Shown piece after piece: positions 37,099 through 46,669 of a stretch of DNA of 51,357 nt; within the stretch, counting starts at the first letter, position 1; every line of letters starts with the position of its first letter. The stretch is taken from NCBI GenBank assembly GCA_946616455.1, contig CAMOIR010000001.1, positions 1 to 51,357 of the forward strand. Reading direction: 5' to 3'. Under the pieces are notes generated by a model. It did no database searches. It had not been told where the DNA came from and worked only from the letters and a program-made list of their open reading frames with translations. Source of the stretch: an uncultured Candidatus Saccharibacteria bacterium. GTDB taxonomy: Bacteria; Patescibacteriota; Saccharimonadia; Saccharimonadales; Saccharimonadaceae. The translations under genes and the position numbers were made by a program.

Positions 37099-38511
37099 AT
37101 GGACTTAGAAAAGAAAAAACGACTTCAGAGCATGAAAGTGATTGCATCAGAAGCTCTAATGGTAATAAGTATTATCATAATGGTAATCGTCCTAGCATTC
37201 ATCGTGTCAGGATATTGGTTAAAATCAGACTTTACTGTAGAACGTCAAGGTCTTCTTCAGATATCATCGAGCCCAACTGGTGCAGATGTTATCATAGACG
37301 ATACAACTTCGTGGTTACAAAAAACCAATACGTCGAAAGTATTACCTAGTGGCAAGCATACTGTTACTCTAGCTAAAGATGGTTACGATACTTGGACAAA
37401 AACCATTAGTATCTCGGAAGGATTAGTCTATAAACTTGATTATCCTAGGTTGTTTTTAAACAATCGCTATACCGAAGAGATTGCTGATATCAGCGGCACA
37501 ATTGTTGCTACTTTGCCATTCAGTCATCGGTTTATTTTGCTTACCGATAACACCACCGAGTGGAGAATTATTCAACTCGATACTGAAGAACCAGAAATGA
37601 GGAAACTAAATATTGCCGAAGCCTTTCCCAGCACAGCCACGACGGAAGATTCACAAATCGGTCTCCTTAAGGGGAATATAGTAAGCATTGAATGGGCAAG
37701 AGACGATACTCACGCACTTTTTCATATTAAAGGCGAAAACGAAGACAAATGGATTCTCTTTAATATCAAAGAGCCGGCTAAGAGCGTAGATATTACTAAG
37801 CAGTTTGGTAGCAGTTTTGATAAACTTACTATTATTGATTACTCTGCAAATACATTACTCGCAGAAAAAAATGGAGATTTGCAAAGAATCAACGTACCAG
37901 GTAAAACTATCTCCACTGTTTTGGTGAGCAATGTAGTAAGCTATGACTGCTTAGGGTCAGAAGTAATCTTTTCCGCCATGAAACAATCTAGTAATGGTTT
38001 ACAAGAATACTATATAGGTACTCTCAAGGATGGCGACGATGAGGTGAAAGAGTATGCCACAATGGCAGAACCCAGTAAAGTCGCTATGAGTAAGTTCTAC
38101 GATGGTCAAATCATTGCCGTGTTAGAAGGGCAGACTTTATCCATTCATCAAAAAGAGGCATACGACGACTATTCGGAATTTAAACTAAGTTTTAAACCAG
38201 AAGAAATGAAAGCCGACAAAAATGGTAAATATGTCTTCTTGTCTTCTGGTGTCAATTTGTCCACCCTGGATTTAGAGGCGATGAGCTTAACGGAGTGGTC
38301 TCTTAATTCTGATAAGTATGGATGGTTGGATGGTGCCATGATTTATTCTATTGAGGATGGCGAGCTTGGAGTATATGATTTTGATGGATTAAATCACCGA
38401 ATATTGTCAAAAAACGTCTCGTCTCATTTCCCTGTTTTTATTACTGATAACAAATGGCTTTATTACATCAGTGACGGCTCTTTAGTGAGAGAATGGCTAG
38501 TTGAAAGATAA
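37099..38511 (+). CDS. PEGA-domain membrane-anchored protein
   Basis: TM helix, then GLLQISSSPTGADVIID...LPSGKHTVTLAKDGYDTW; beta-propeller-like remainder. Confidence 0.8.
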   Translation: MDLEKKKRLQSMKVIASEALMVISIIIMVIVLAFIVSGYWLKSDFTVERQGLLQISSSPTGADVIIDDTTSWLQKTNTSKVLPSGKHTVTLAKDGYDTWTKTISISEGLVYKLDYPRLFLNNRYTEEIADISGTIVATLPFSHRFILLTDNTTEWRIIQLDTEEPEMRKLNIAEAFPSTATTEDSQIGLLKGNIVSIEWARDDTHALFHIKGENEDKWILFNIKEPAKSVDITKQFGSSFDKLTIIDYSANTLLAEKNGDLQRINVPGKTISTVLVSNVVSYDCLGSEVIFSAMKQSSNGLQEYYIGTLKDGDDEVKEYATMAEPSKVAMSKFYDGQIIAVLEGQTLSIHQKEAYDDYSEFKLSFKPEEMKADKNGKYVFLSSGVNLSTLDLEAMSLTEWSLNSDKYGWLDGAMIYSIEDGELGVYDFDGLNHRILSKNVSSHFPVFITDNKWLYYISDGSLVREWLVER

Positions 38512-38514
38512 TCA

Positions 38515-39744
38515 TTAATTTCCAGTCAACCACCCCCATATTCCCTCAAAGAAGGAAGGTTCATTGGATGGCAATACTTCTCCTTGGTTTTGATCGACTA
38601 CTGGACTGCTTTCAGTTTCTAATGCATTCTCGACATTTGGAGATATCTGTTCGCCAGTTACGAGTAGACGCTGCCTAGAGGTGCCCAAGGGCGTGCAAGT
38701 CACTAATGTAATTAGGGGCTTATTGGTATCCACCACAAGCGCAGCGACGTTTGAGGGGTCTATGACTTCCTTCTTTATTACCCTATAGGTATAACGTATG
38801 GAATTATAATTTACATAAATCAAGTCGCCATCTTCTAGTCTCTCCAACCCAGAAAAAATATATTTGTATGGATTTGAACTATAAATGTCACCCGCAGAAT
38901 GACCAGTTATTACAAAATTTCCTACTTCACCTGGATAAGCGCTAGCACCGGCGATTCGATAATGTGCTACACCGTTATTCATGGCTGACATTACATCAGA
39001 TAATGCCACCTCAAATCTTATTGGAACATCGATGTTTAGTTTTGGGATAATAAGCCTAGGTTCTGCAGAAACGGTTTGCGTAATGGTTGGATCAATCGAA
39101 TCTATGCCAGATGCCGGTGCATTTCCTGGTGATACGTATGCCATAATCGGTGCAAAAATCAGCCTGTTATACTGCAAAAACAAAACAATCAATACAACTG
39201 AAATACCGGCCAAAAGCGGTATTAAATGCCTTCTTCTGCGTGATTTTTTTACATTTTCGGTGGCCTTTTTTCTGATGATTTTTCGTAGATTTCCTTGTAT
39301 AAAACTATTATCATCCTGGAGTGTTTCGGAGTTTTGAGAGGCGTTCTCTTCAGGTGAAATACCATTTTTGAGAGCCAATCCTACCCCCTTTCTTATTTTT
39401 GCATTTGCCTTAGAGAGAGAATCTAGTATTTCTTCTTCCTCAGCCTTTGCTCTAGCATCCTTCAACCTTTCCTTTGAAATGTAATCTTGAGCAGCCTTAG
39501 AATAGTATTCACTGTAGTACTTTTGATAATAATCCTGCCACGCGGAATGGTACTTTCGCCAAGATTCGGAGTTGATTTTTGGGCTGATAACTTCTTCTTT
39601 TAAATGCGAAGCGGTTTCCCTGGAATCCTTTTCGGCCTTTTTCGCGGATTCAGCAAAAGACGCCAGAACTTTCTTCCTGGCTATTGCTGCTGCTGTTTGT
39701 CTCTGTAGTTCATTCGACGACTGCCCACCGTTTTCAGAATTCAT
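38515..39744 (-). CDS. Sortase with long N-terminal extension
   Basis: LIIPKL, GNFVITGHS, F..L..L..GD, TLVTCTP...R.RLLV (His-Cys-Arg triad). Confidence 0.9.
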   Translation of the reverse strand: MNSENGGQSSNELQRQTAAAIARKKVLASFAESAKKAEKDSRETASHLKEEVISPKINSESWRKYHSAWQDYYQKYYSEYYSKAAQDYISKERLKDARAKAEEEEILDSLSKANAKIRKGVGLALKNGISPEENASQNSETLQDDNSFIQGNLRKIIRKKATENVKKSRRRRHLIPLLAGISVVLIVLFLQYNRLIFAPIMAYVSPGNAPASGIDSIDPTITQTVSAEPRLIIPKLNIDVPIRFEVALSDVMSAMNNGVAHYRIAGASAYPGEVGNFVITGHSAGDIYSSNPYKYIFSGLERLEDGDLIYVNYNSIRYTYRVIKKEVIDPSNVAALVVDTNKPLITLVTCTPLGTSRQRLLVTGEQISPNVENALETESSPVVDQNQGEVLPSNEPSFFEGIWGWLTGN

Positions 39745-39828
39745 ATCCTAATTATAGCATATTAGTGCTTTTTATGGTATAATGAAAACGTAGTAGTCAA
39801 GATTTTGACATATATGTTTTTAAAAATT

Positions 39829-39915
39829 GGGCGAATGGCGGAACTGGTAGACGCGGTAGACTCAAAATCTGCTGGCCGTAAGGTCGTGAGGGTTCAAGTC
39901 CCTCTTTGCCCACCA
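39829..39915 (+). tRNA. tRNA-Leu (CAA)
   Basis: GGGCGAA acceptor, GTAGA-CT-CAA-AA-TCTGC anticodon arm, long variable arm, GGTTCAAGTCC, CCA. Confidence 0.95.
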
Positions 39916-40098
39916 CAGAAAATACCAGAGCTTTAGCTCTGGTATTTTCTGTGCTAGAACGAGGAGGGGCTTGGGCCCGTAGGGTTCAAACGCAGTAGGA
40001 GCCGAGCAAAAGTCCAGGACTTGTTTTGGACTTTTTAAGGCGACGCCCTGCGGGAGTTTTTTTGCGAAGCAAAAAATGACGTCCCTCTTTGCCCACCA
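39916..40098 (+). repeat. tRNA-Leu-associated hairpin element ending in an exact 18-bp tRNA 3'-end copy
   Basis: GTCCCTCTTTGCCCACCA occurs at 39898-39915 and 40081-40098, with nested hairpins between. Confidence 0.85.
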
Positions 40099-40135
40099 AA
40101 AAAGAGGCCTAGAGGCCTCGTTTTTTTGTCAAGAA

Positions 40136-40756
40136 TTATTTCTTCTTTTTGGCGCTAGCCTTTCGTGCTACTTTATCTTCAATTTCCTGTGAACGGTTAT
40201 GTACGCCATAAATCAGGCTAGTTACTCCTACAATTAACATATATGCACCAAAGAATCTTAAGAATGTAGTGATTTCAAAGCTACCAGAATTAAAAATCGT
40301 CACGCCAATTACACAGCCACAAACCCCAGCGAGTATTCTGATAAAACGATCGGTTGGATCCACAGTGGATAAAAATCCATGAAAGACATCGATGACGCCA
40401 GAAGTAATAGTGTAAACAGATAACGCGATTACGCTAAAAACTATATTATTGCTCGCAAAAAACAGTAAGGTTATAGCTGCCACAATATCAACTACAGAAT
40501 CAACTACGGCATTAAACCATCCACGTTTTTTACTCGAACTATACAATGCACCTACTGCATCAACAACTCCCATTATAAGTAAAAAGACGCCGATTATTAC
40601 AATTGTATTTGAAACTTTATCATTTACCTGCAAAGTATTACTAATTTCGGTCATCCCACCAAACAGAATAAAACAACCAAAAATTGCTGCAAGTAGCCCT
40701 CTAAGTAAGAAAACCGACCAATGCTTATCTATGAATCTTCTATTTATGTGTGCCAT
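40136..40756 (-). CDS. HdeD/DUF308 family membrane protein
   Basis: W..FLLRGL.A.IFG start and about six TM helices. Confidence 0.75.
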   Translation of the reverse strand: MAHINRRFIDKHWSVFLLRGLLAAIFGCFILFGGMTEISNTLQVNDKVSNTIVIIGVFLLIMGVVDAVGALYSSSKKRGWFNAVVDSVVDIVAAITLLFFASNNIVFSVIALSVYTITSGVIDVFHGFLSTVDPTDRFIRILAGVCGCVIGVTIFNSGSFEITTFLRFFGAYMLIVGVTSLIYGVHNRSQEIEDKVARKASAKKKK

Positions 40757-40803
40757 ATTGTCCTATTATCCTTTATGTTACTTATGCTTATTATATCACA
40801 CTT

Positions 40804-41814
40804 TTAGACATGACGAATTCTTTTGCGTATTTTTTCCACTAACTTTGTAACCTGATACCTTTTTGGTCTTAATACTAAATCATGTGCTGGTGTGTATTTA
40901 TACTCCTCGCAGCCAAAAGAGCGTTTAAATTCAGACACCCCATAGAAACGATGTTCTTTTTCATCTATACCAACGATTCCCCATAAATTGTATCTTTTAC
41001 AACCACGTTTTCGTGCTTCTTCCATAGCCTTAAGGTGTAAAAGAGGAGCAGCAGAGTATTTTGTCCCAAGATCAGAAGAAACACCATAATGGTAACTTGC
41101 TTCCTTGCCATAAAAAATCATAAAGTTTTGTGCTAGCGTTTCCCCATCCTTTTTTGCGGTATATATCAATACTTCGTCATGCTTTCTGAAAGCATCGAAT
41201 TGCTTTCTGAGAAAATCAGAAGAAAAAGCCACATATTTTTGCCTTTCTGAATGGAGCTTTTCTAACCTGCAGAATTCTTTAATCGAAGCATCATCGGCAT
41301 CAGCACTCACCTCGATATCATTTTTTTCGGCTTTACGGAGCTTACGCCTAAAACCTTGAGAGGCGCCAGCGAGTACTTCCGCTTCATTTTTTCTTAAATC
41401 AATTATCCCAGCATACTCTACGGATAAATACATGGGGGCTTTTTTGAGGCCTAATTCCTTCATTAGCTCCATAGAATAATCTGATAATTCTAATTGAGGA
41501 CGCACTCTTATGAAGTCACATTTACCCTGTACCCCCTGTGCCTTAATGTCGTCGAATACGGATTTAACGAGTTTTTTGTTGTCCCAATCCATGATTGGTC
41601 CGCCAGCAATAGCCATGTAAGTACCACGTTTTGCAGTCTCAATTACGCCAGCATAAGCTCCTACAATTTTCCCATTCTCGACAAGGATGCGGCGGACAAT
41701 TTTTTTACCTCTAGATTTATGAAATTCATAAAAATCCCATGACTGTAAAAAATTTGCCTCTTCGTGCTCTTTAATAAACTTATCCCATTCTTCGCGGTTA
41801 TCCGCATCAATCAT
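40804..41814 (-). CDS. FemABX/MurM-like lipid II aminoacyl transferase
   Basis: NFLQSW, GP..D, IDL......L, YHYG.S, YNLWGI, GV..FK.SFG. Confidence 0.88.
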   Translation of the reverse strand: MIDADNREEWDKFIKEHEEANFLQSWDFYEFHKSRGKKIVRRILVENGKIVGAYAGVIETAKRGTYMAIAGGPIMDWDNKKLVKSVFDDIKAQGVQGKCDFIRVRPQLELSDYSMELMKELGLKKAPMYLSVEYAGIIDLRKNEAEVLAGASQGFRRKLRKAEKNDIEVSADADDASIKEFCRLEKLHSERQKYVAFSSDFLRKQFDAFRKHDEVLIYTAKKDGETLAQNFMIFYGKEASYHYGVSSDLGTKYSAAPLLHLKAMEEARKRGCKRYNLWGIVGIDEKEHRFYGVSEFKRSFGCEEYKYTPAHDLVLRPKRYQVTKLVEKIRKRIRHV

Positions 41815-42785
41815 AAGTGCCTCCTTTTTTTGCGTGCTTTCTCTACGATTAAATCTTTGAGATATCCAATTTGCGAAATCACCATGTCGTGGGCTGGCAC
41901 GTATTCGACAACTTCACCACCAAAACCCGTTTTGAACGTTGTAACACCGGCATATCTGTGGTTTGGCTGACCTTGTGGAGCAATCCCCCAAAGATTAAAT
42001 CTTTGGTAGCCTTCGTCCTTTAAATCATGTATTACTTGCCACAATAGCGCATAGGCTCCAGGCAGTTTTCTGTTAAGTAGCGTTGAGGCTGCTTCGTAAT
42101 AATCACCTTCGAGACCTTCCTTAATGATTAAACCATAAGCAATCTTTTCTCCATCGGTAGTTTTTGCTACGTATATATTAGCGCTATTTCCAAAAGCTTC
42201 TCTCTCGGCGAGCAATGTTTTTAAGTCTGGCGGTACGAAGTTTTGTCGCTTTGCGGTTTCAGCCTGAACCTGATGAAATTCTTTAAAAACTTCTTCTGAG
42301 CGAGACTTTTCAACAGTTATGCCTATTTTGTCGGCTCTTCTAACTTCATAGCGTGTTTGCCTACGCATCTCGGCTAGTAGTTGCTCTTTAGGCTTAGTCA
42401 AATCAATCATTACAGTGTGTTCAGCAGCAAGATGCATTGGTGATTCTTTGAGGCCAAGCTCCTCTAATAGTTTCACATTTTTATCGCTAGCCAAAATCTG
42501 GGGACGCATCCTAACAAACACGCATTTTTCCTTCTCGGCAATAGTTCTGATCTGTGAAAAAACACTCTTTACGAGTTCTTTGTCACTATAATCCATAAGT
42601 GGTCCACAGGCAATCTCAAGATATTTTCCCCGTTTTGCATTTCTTACCACCATAAGAGCGTGGGCGCGTTTATCAAAATTTTCAACTATTACTTTATGTT
42701 TTAGTAGTTCGTTCATTTTTTGATAGTTAGGCGACTGCAAAAAATTTGCTTCCGGAAATCTTTTTATGGTTTCTTGCCAACTCAT
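41811..42785 (-). CDS. FemABX/MurM-like lipid II aminoacyl transferase (paralog)
   Basis: NFLQS, GPLMD, IDLT....LL..M....RY.VRRA, FNLWGI, GVTTFKTGFGG. Confidence 0.88.
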   Translation of the reverse strand: MSWQETIKRFPEANFLQSPNYQKMNELLKHKVIVENFDKRAHALMVVRNAKRGKYLEIACGPLMDYSDKELVKSVFSQIRTIAEKEKCVFVRMRPQILASDKNVKLLEELGLKESPMHLAAEHTVMIDLTKPKEQLLAEMRRQTRYEVRRADKIGITVEKSRSEEVFKEFHQVQAETAKRQNFVPPDLKTLLAEREAFGNSANIYVAKTTDGEKIAYGLIIKEGLEGDYYEAASTLLNRKLPGAYALLWQVIHDLKDEGYQRFNLWGIAPQGQPNHRYAGVTTFKTGFGGEVVEYVPAHDMVISQIGYLKDLIVEKARKKRRHL

Positions 42786-43915
42786 TCTTCACCCTCCTTT
42801 ATTGTATATTTATCAATAATGGCATTTGCTTTCTGTAATTCTTTTTTACTATAATATTGAGGAATATTGATGATATGTTGGGAAACATATACAGCATTGG
42901 GGCACTCCTTCTCTGGGAAATGGGTTTTCTGGTAATAACGTGATGGCGATACTGGCTTTTCATACCAAAAACCATCAAAATAGCAACCTGCCGACCGTAA
43001 TTCTTTTAGTAATTTGTCGCGGCTGTTTACGAGTCTAAATTCACGTATTGGTTTTATATTACGATGGCTATTTTCTTTAAACTGCATTAAGGCACGTCTC
43101 GCTTCAAATTTTGCCAATGTGCGCTTTAAATCGAGTCGGCTATCAGCAGATTTCTCAATCCAATGAATCTTTACTAAAAAACGTATTAGGGCACCACCGA
43201 GATGTAACCCCATAAGTCTTCTAGCCATGGCACCAAACGTAGGATATAGTCTGGATCTAAGGTAATCCGATAATTTCGGAGCCTTTTTAGGCGCTTCGAT
43301 TTGGTTATGGGGTTTGCTTCGTAAAATGACAGCTCCTCCAGCAATAGTGTCAATGGACTTTTCTTTGCCAAAAGACAGAGCCGTAGCCACCCCAACTGTC
43401 CCCACTTCTCTCCCGTCATCATATTTAGCTCCTGCACAATGCGCCAAATCTTCGATTACTAAAAGCTTATATTTATTAGCAATACTCTCGATTGCGTTAA
43501 TGTCTACTGTGTTGCCTAAGGTGTTCTGAATAATAATCCCTCTAATATTGAGCTTCTGATTGCCTCTAGTCTCATTTCTCTCCAAAGTCTGTTTTATGAT
43601 ATCTGCCGTAAAATTCAAATCAACCTTATTTATATCGACAAAAACCGGCCTTAGACCAGCCGCCACTACGGCTTCATAGACGGCATAACAAGTAAATCCA
43701 TTTACGATTATTGCATCTCCAGGGCTAAAATAGGCCTTTAGAGCCAAAGCTAGTGACGATCTTCCATTTCGAGCCAAAATTGCTTCTCCTCTATATTTAC
43801 GACTAAGAAAACTTCTCAAGTCAGCACGATCTTCTTCCCTACCTCGTGCAAAAAGTTGTGTCAACCGATCTTCTCTAGAATAATTGGCCGCTAGTCCCAA
43901 AAATAATCGTTTCAC
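42782..43915 (-). CDS. DegT/DnrJ/EryC1/StrS PLP-dependent aminotransferase family protein
   Basis: NGRSSL, PVFVDI, IEDLAH, SFGKEK...GG, IINIP. Confidence 0.8.
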   Translation of the reverse strand: MKRLFLGLAANYSREDRLTQLFARGREEDRADLRSFLSRKYRGEAILARNGRSSLALALKAYFSPGDAIIVNGFTCYAVYEAVVAAGLRPVFVDINKVDLNFTADIIKQTLERNETRGNQKLNIRGIIIQNTLGNTVDINAIESIANKYKLLVIEDLAHCAGAKYDDGREVGTVGVATALSFGKEKSIDTIAGGAVILRSKPHNQIEAPKKAPKLSDYLRSRLYPTFGAMARRLMGLHLGGALIRFLVKIHWIEKSADSRLDLKRTLAKFEARRALMQFKENSHRNIKPIREFRLVNSRDKLLKELRSAGCYFDGFWYEKPVSPSRYYQKTHFPEKECPNAVYVSQHIINIPQYYSKKELQKANAIIDKYTIKEGEE

Positions 43916-44643
43916 TTTTTAATTCTTTCCACTATATTTATTAAGACTTTTGCGAGTTCGTTAGGATTAGAAATATAAGGAGCATGAGTCCAATTCTTGA
44001 AGAATTTCAAATCAGCATTCGGAAGCTTTTCGTATAACATTGTTCCTTGTCTTGGTGGTGTGGTGGTATCCTTTTTGCCCCACAGGATAAGAGTTGGCAC
44101 GGTAATATTCGAAAATTTCAAATCCTTATCTGATTCCAACATATTCACCAAGGTTTGTTTCATGTTTTCTGGGGCCGTAGAATAGTCAGTTGTGCCAGTT
44201 ATCCGATGGAATATCTTTTCTACGATAGGAATTTTTTTGAATGGTTTGCCGATTTTGGCAAGCAATCCAACAATTTTCTTCTTGAGTGATGGTTCGTATA
44301 TTCCAGCACTATCTAAAAGAATCAAAGTTTTTAGTTTGTTGGGCTTTTTCTCGCAAAGATTCAAAAGGATACGTCCACCATTTGAATGACCAAGGGCAAT
44401 CGCTCCATCTGGAATATTTTTGTTTGCCCATTTAACATAATCATCAATCGTGAAGACATTATTCGAAGGATCAGTTAGTCCTGGCACATTCAACATCTTA
44501 ACGTTTATACCCTTACCCTTCATGAGAGCCAGAGTCTCCTTCCATGGCTCAACCGTATACGACCACCCATGTATAATATATAGATCAGCGGTAGGGCGTT
44601 TTATGGAAGTTTTAGTTTGCGATGGCTTCTGGTTTTTTGTCAT
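43912..44643 (-). CDS. Alpha/beta hydrolase
   Basis: IHGW, GHSNGG nucleophile elbow, PTLILWGKKD, H.P. Confidence 0.85.
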   Translation of the reverse strand: MTKNQKPSQTKTSIKRPTADLYIIHGWSYTVEPWKETLALMKGKGINVKMLNVPGLTDPSNNVFTIDDYVKWANKNIPDGAIALGHSNGGRILLNLCEKKPNKLKTLILLDSAGIYEPSLKKKIVGLLAKIGKPFKKIPIVEKIFHRITGTTDYSTAPENMKQTLVNMLESDKDLKFSNITVPTLILWGKKDTTTPPRQGTMLYEKLPNADLKFFKNWTHAPYISNPNELAKVLINIVERIKK

Positions 44644-45911
44644 GAATCTAATCCCCAACTTTTTCGTCGCATTACGGCGGCTTTTTCTCGTCTACATAGT
44701 TTTTTTGCATCTTCCTTGTTTGCAAGCAATTTTTCAATAATCCACTCTAGATACTGACTCCCTTTAAACACAATCGTCTCTCGGCCTGTAATAGTCTTTT
44801 CTATGTAAGCCAGGGCCTTTTTGGGGTCTAACGTTGCGACCGCAGAAACACCCATTTTTTTGAGTTCTGGTGCGGTGTATTTTTTGGTTCGCCTTCCTAC
44901 GAGTATTACCTTATCTGGCTTAACCTCGGCAATCAATCTAGCAAGTTTTTTATGCTCTTCTTCCTCTAATGAACCTTGATCCACAATGTCGCCTATCACT
45001 AGCCATTTATGTTCTGCGTGCATTCTTTTTACCATGTCGAGAACTGAAGTCATAGAAATCATATGAGCATTATAACTACTGTCAATTATATTAATGCCTT
45101 TTTTGCCTTTAAAGAAAGAACATCGACCTGGAGCTACCTTTATATCTGAAAAATCAGGGTTAAATTTAAGTTTTAGATACTTCATTAAATCTTGTACCAC
45201 AAACAAATTGAACGCTATATCTCGTGGTTCAGGGTGGCTAAAATGAAAAGTCGTGTCACCATAAGTAAAATCAGTGGAATCTGGATAGACCACATATTTC
45301 TTAATTTCATTCTTCTTAATAGGAATCACTTTGGCGTTTATTCCCTTAGTCGCCTGAACCATTAAATCTGAGTCTGCATCTATATAAACTCTTTTTTGGG
45401 TATTTTCCGGAAGGTTCGCAAACTCAGCAGTGATAGCCTCACTTACATCCTTATATTTGCCATTTTCTACCTCTTTTTCGAACTGCACTGCATGGGATAG
45501 GCCAATAGATACCCAAATAGTAACCTCGGGCTTCAACCATTTTGCCAGGAATTCGGCTTCATGTGGTCTTTCGCCGTCAATTTCTACAACGTAAAATGCT
45601 TCTTTATGATGATGAAACAATCCCTTAAATGGTGCCATAATGATTAACCAAACCCATTTAAGTTTTGACCCACGGATACCTTTAAGTCCTAAAATATCAA
45701 ACGGAATCCCGAATGCAGAATTGGCATCATGAGAATAATGTGCCTTTTTCCCCATTTCATGCTCAATCATTGTCATCATGGTGGTCTTGCCGGCTGAACC
45801 GGTTACGGCGATAACTCGTGGGTTCCACCTCTTAAAAGCAATGTTCGCAAAATGCCGAAAATAATTCGCTATATTAAAATAGAAACGCTTTTTAAAACTA
45901 GCAAAACTCAT
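44640..45911 (-). CDS. murF: Mur ligase, MurF-like
   Basis: AVTGSAGKTT, PGR, IIDSSYNA, VIGD, H..L, FKGSQ. Confidence 0.8.
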   Translation of the reverse strand: MSFASFKKRFYFNIANYFRHFANIAFKRWNPRVIAVTGSAGKTTMMTMIEHEMGKKAHYSHDANSAFGIPFDILGLKGIRGSKLKWVWLIIMAPFKGLFHHHKEAFYVVEIDGERPHEAEFLAKWLKPEVTIWVSIGLSHAVQFEKEVENGKYKDVSEAITAEFANLPENTQKRVYIDADSDLMVQATKGINAKVIPIKKNEIKKYVVYPDSTDFTYGDTTFHFSHPEPRDIAFNLFVVQDLMKYLKLKFNPDFSDIKVAPGRCSFFKGKKGINIIDSSYNAHMISMTSVLDMVKRMHAEHKWLVIGDIVDQGSLEEEEHKKLARLIAEVKPDKVILVGRRTKKYTAPELKKMGVSAVATLDPKKALAYIEKTITGRETIVFKGSQYLEWIIEKLLANKEDAKKLCRREKAAVMRRKSWGLDS

Positions 45912-45984
45912 AATACCATTATACTCTTTTTTAGTTTACCCGTCAAAGCACACCAAAAAATGGACGCACTAAATAGGGCGAGCT

Positions 45985-46308
45985 CTACATCTTTATTTCG
46001 GCATCAACCCCAGCTGGCAAAGCAAGGTTTTGTAGACTTTCGATTGTCTTAGGAGTAGCATTTGAAATGTCAATCAGGCGTTTATGTACCTTCATTTCGA
46101 AAGCTTCGCCACCTGTTTTATATACATGTGGAGATTTTACTACAGTAAACGTACTACGCTTAGTTGGTAACGGAATAGGGCCACTGATTGTAGCGCCAGT
46201 TCTAATCGCAGTATCAACGATTTGTTTTGCACTTTGATCGATTACGCGGTGATCGTAAGCCTTTAGGCGAATTCTAATTTTAAGGCCTTCGTTCTTTTTT
46301 TCTGTCAT
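45985..46308 (-). CDS. rpsJ: 30S ribosomal protein S10
   Basis: [34 protein letters not shown]. Confidence 0.97.
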   Translation of the reverse strand: MTEKKNEGLKIRIRLKAYDHRVIDQSAKQIVDTAIRTGATISGPIPLPTKRSTFTVVKSPHVYKTGGEAFEMKVHKRLIDISNATPKTIESLQNLALPAGVDAEIKM

Positions 46309-46621
46309 TGTTTCCTTCCTGCTCTATAATCTTAGATAAACACTTAGATGGTTTGTCGATAAGTTTTTAGAGCTAGATTATTGATTAACTGTTTGTCTTT
46401 TATATTATAGCACTCTTTACTGAAAAAATCAAGATTCAATCACTAAAACCAACAACGCCTAGTTTATCGGTGCTGTAATCATAGATGATATTACGGCTGT
46501 CACTATCAATCAAGTTAAAGAAGGACTTCCAGTAACTTCACTTCTTACGAAAAAAAAGTTTGACAATAATTAAGTGTATCGCAGAACAATAATGAACAAA
46601 AAAATCGGTAAAGTTACAAAA

Positions 46622-46648
46622 AAGGATTGGAGTCAAACTCCAATCCTT
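46622..46648 (-). terminator. Terminator after tuf
   Basis: AAGGATTGGAG/CTCCAATCCTT stem flanked by A/T tracts. Confidence 0.7.
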
Positions 46649-46669
46649 CCTTTTGTTAACAGTATATAA

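Noticed and set aside
39898-40098. Prophage or genomic island between tRNA 3'-end repeats
   Set aside because: Only about 165 bp lie between the repeats, with no integrase or ORF. Reported as a miniature element instead.
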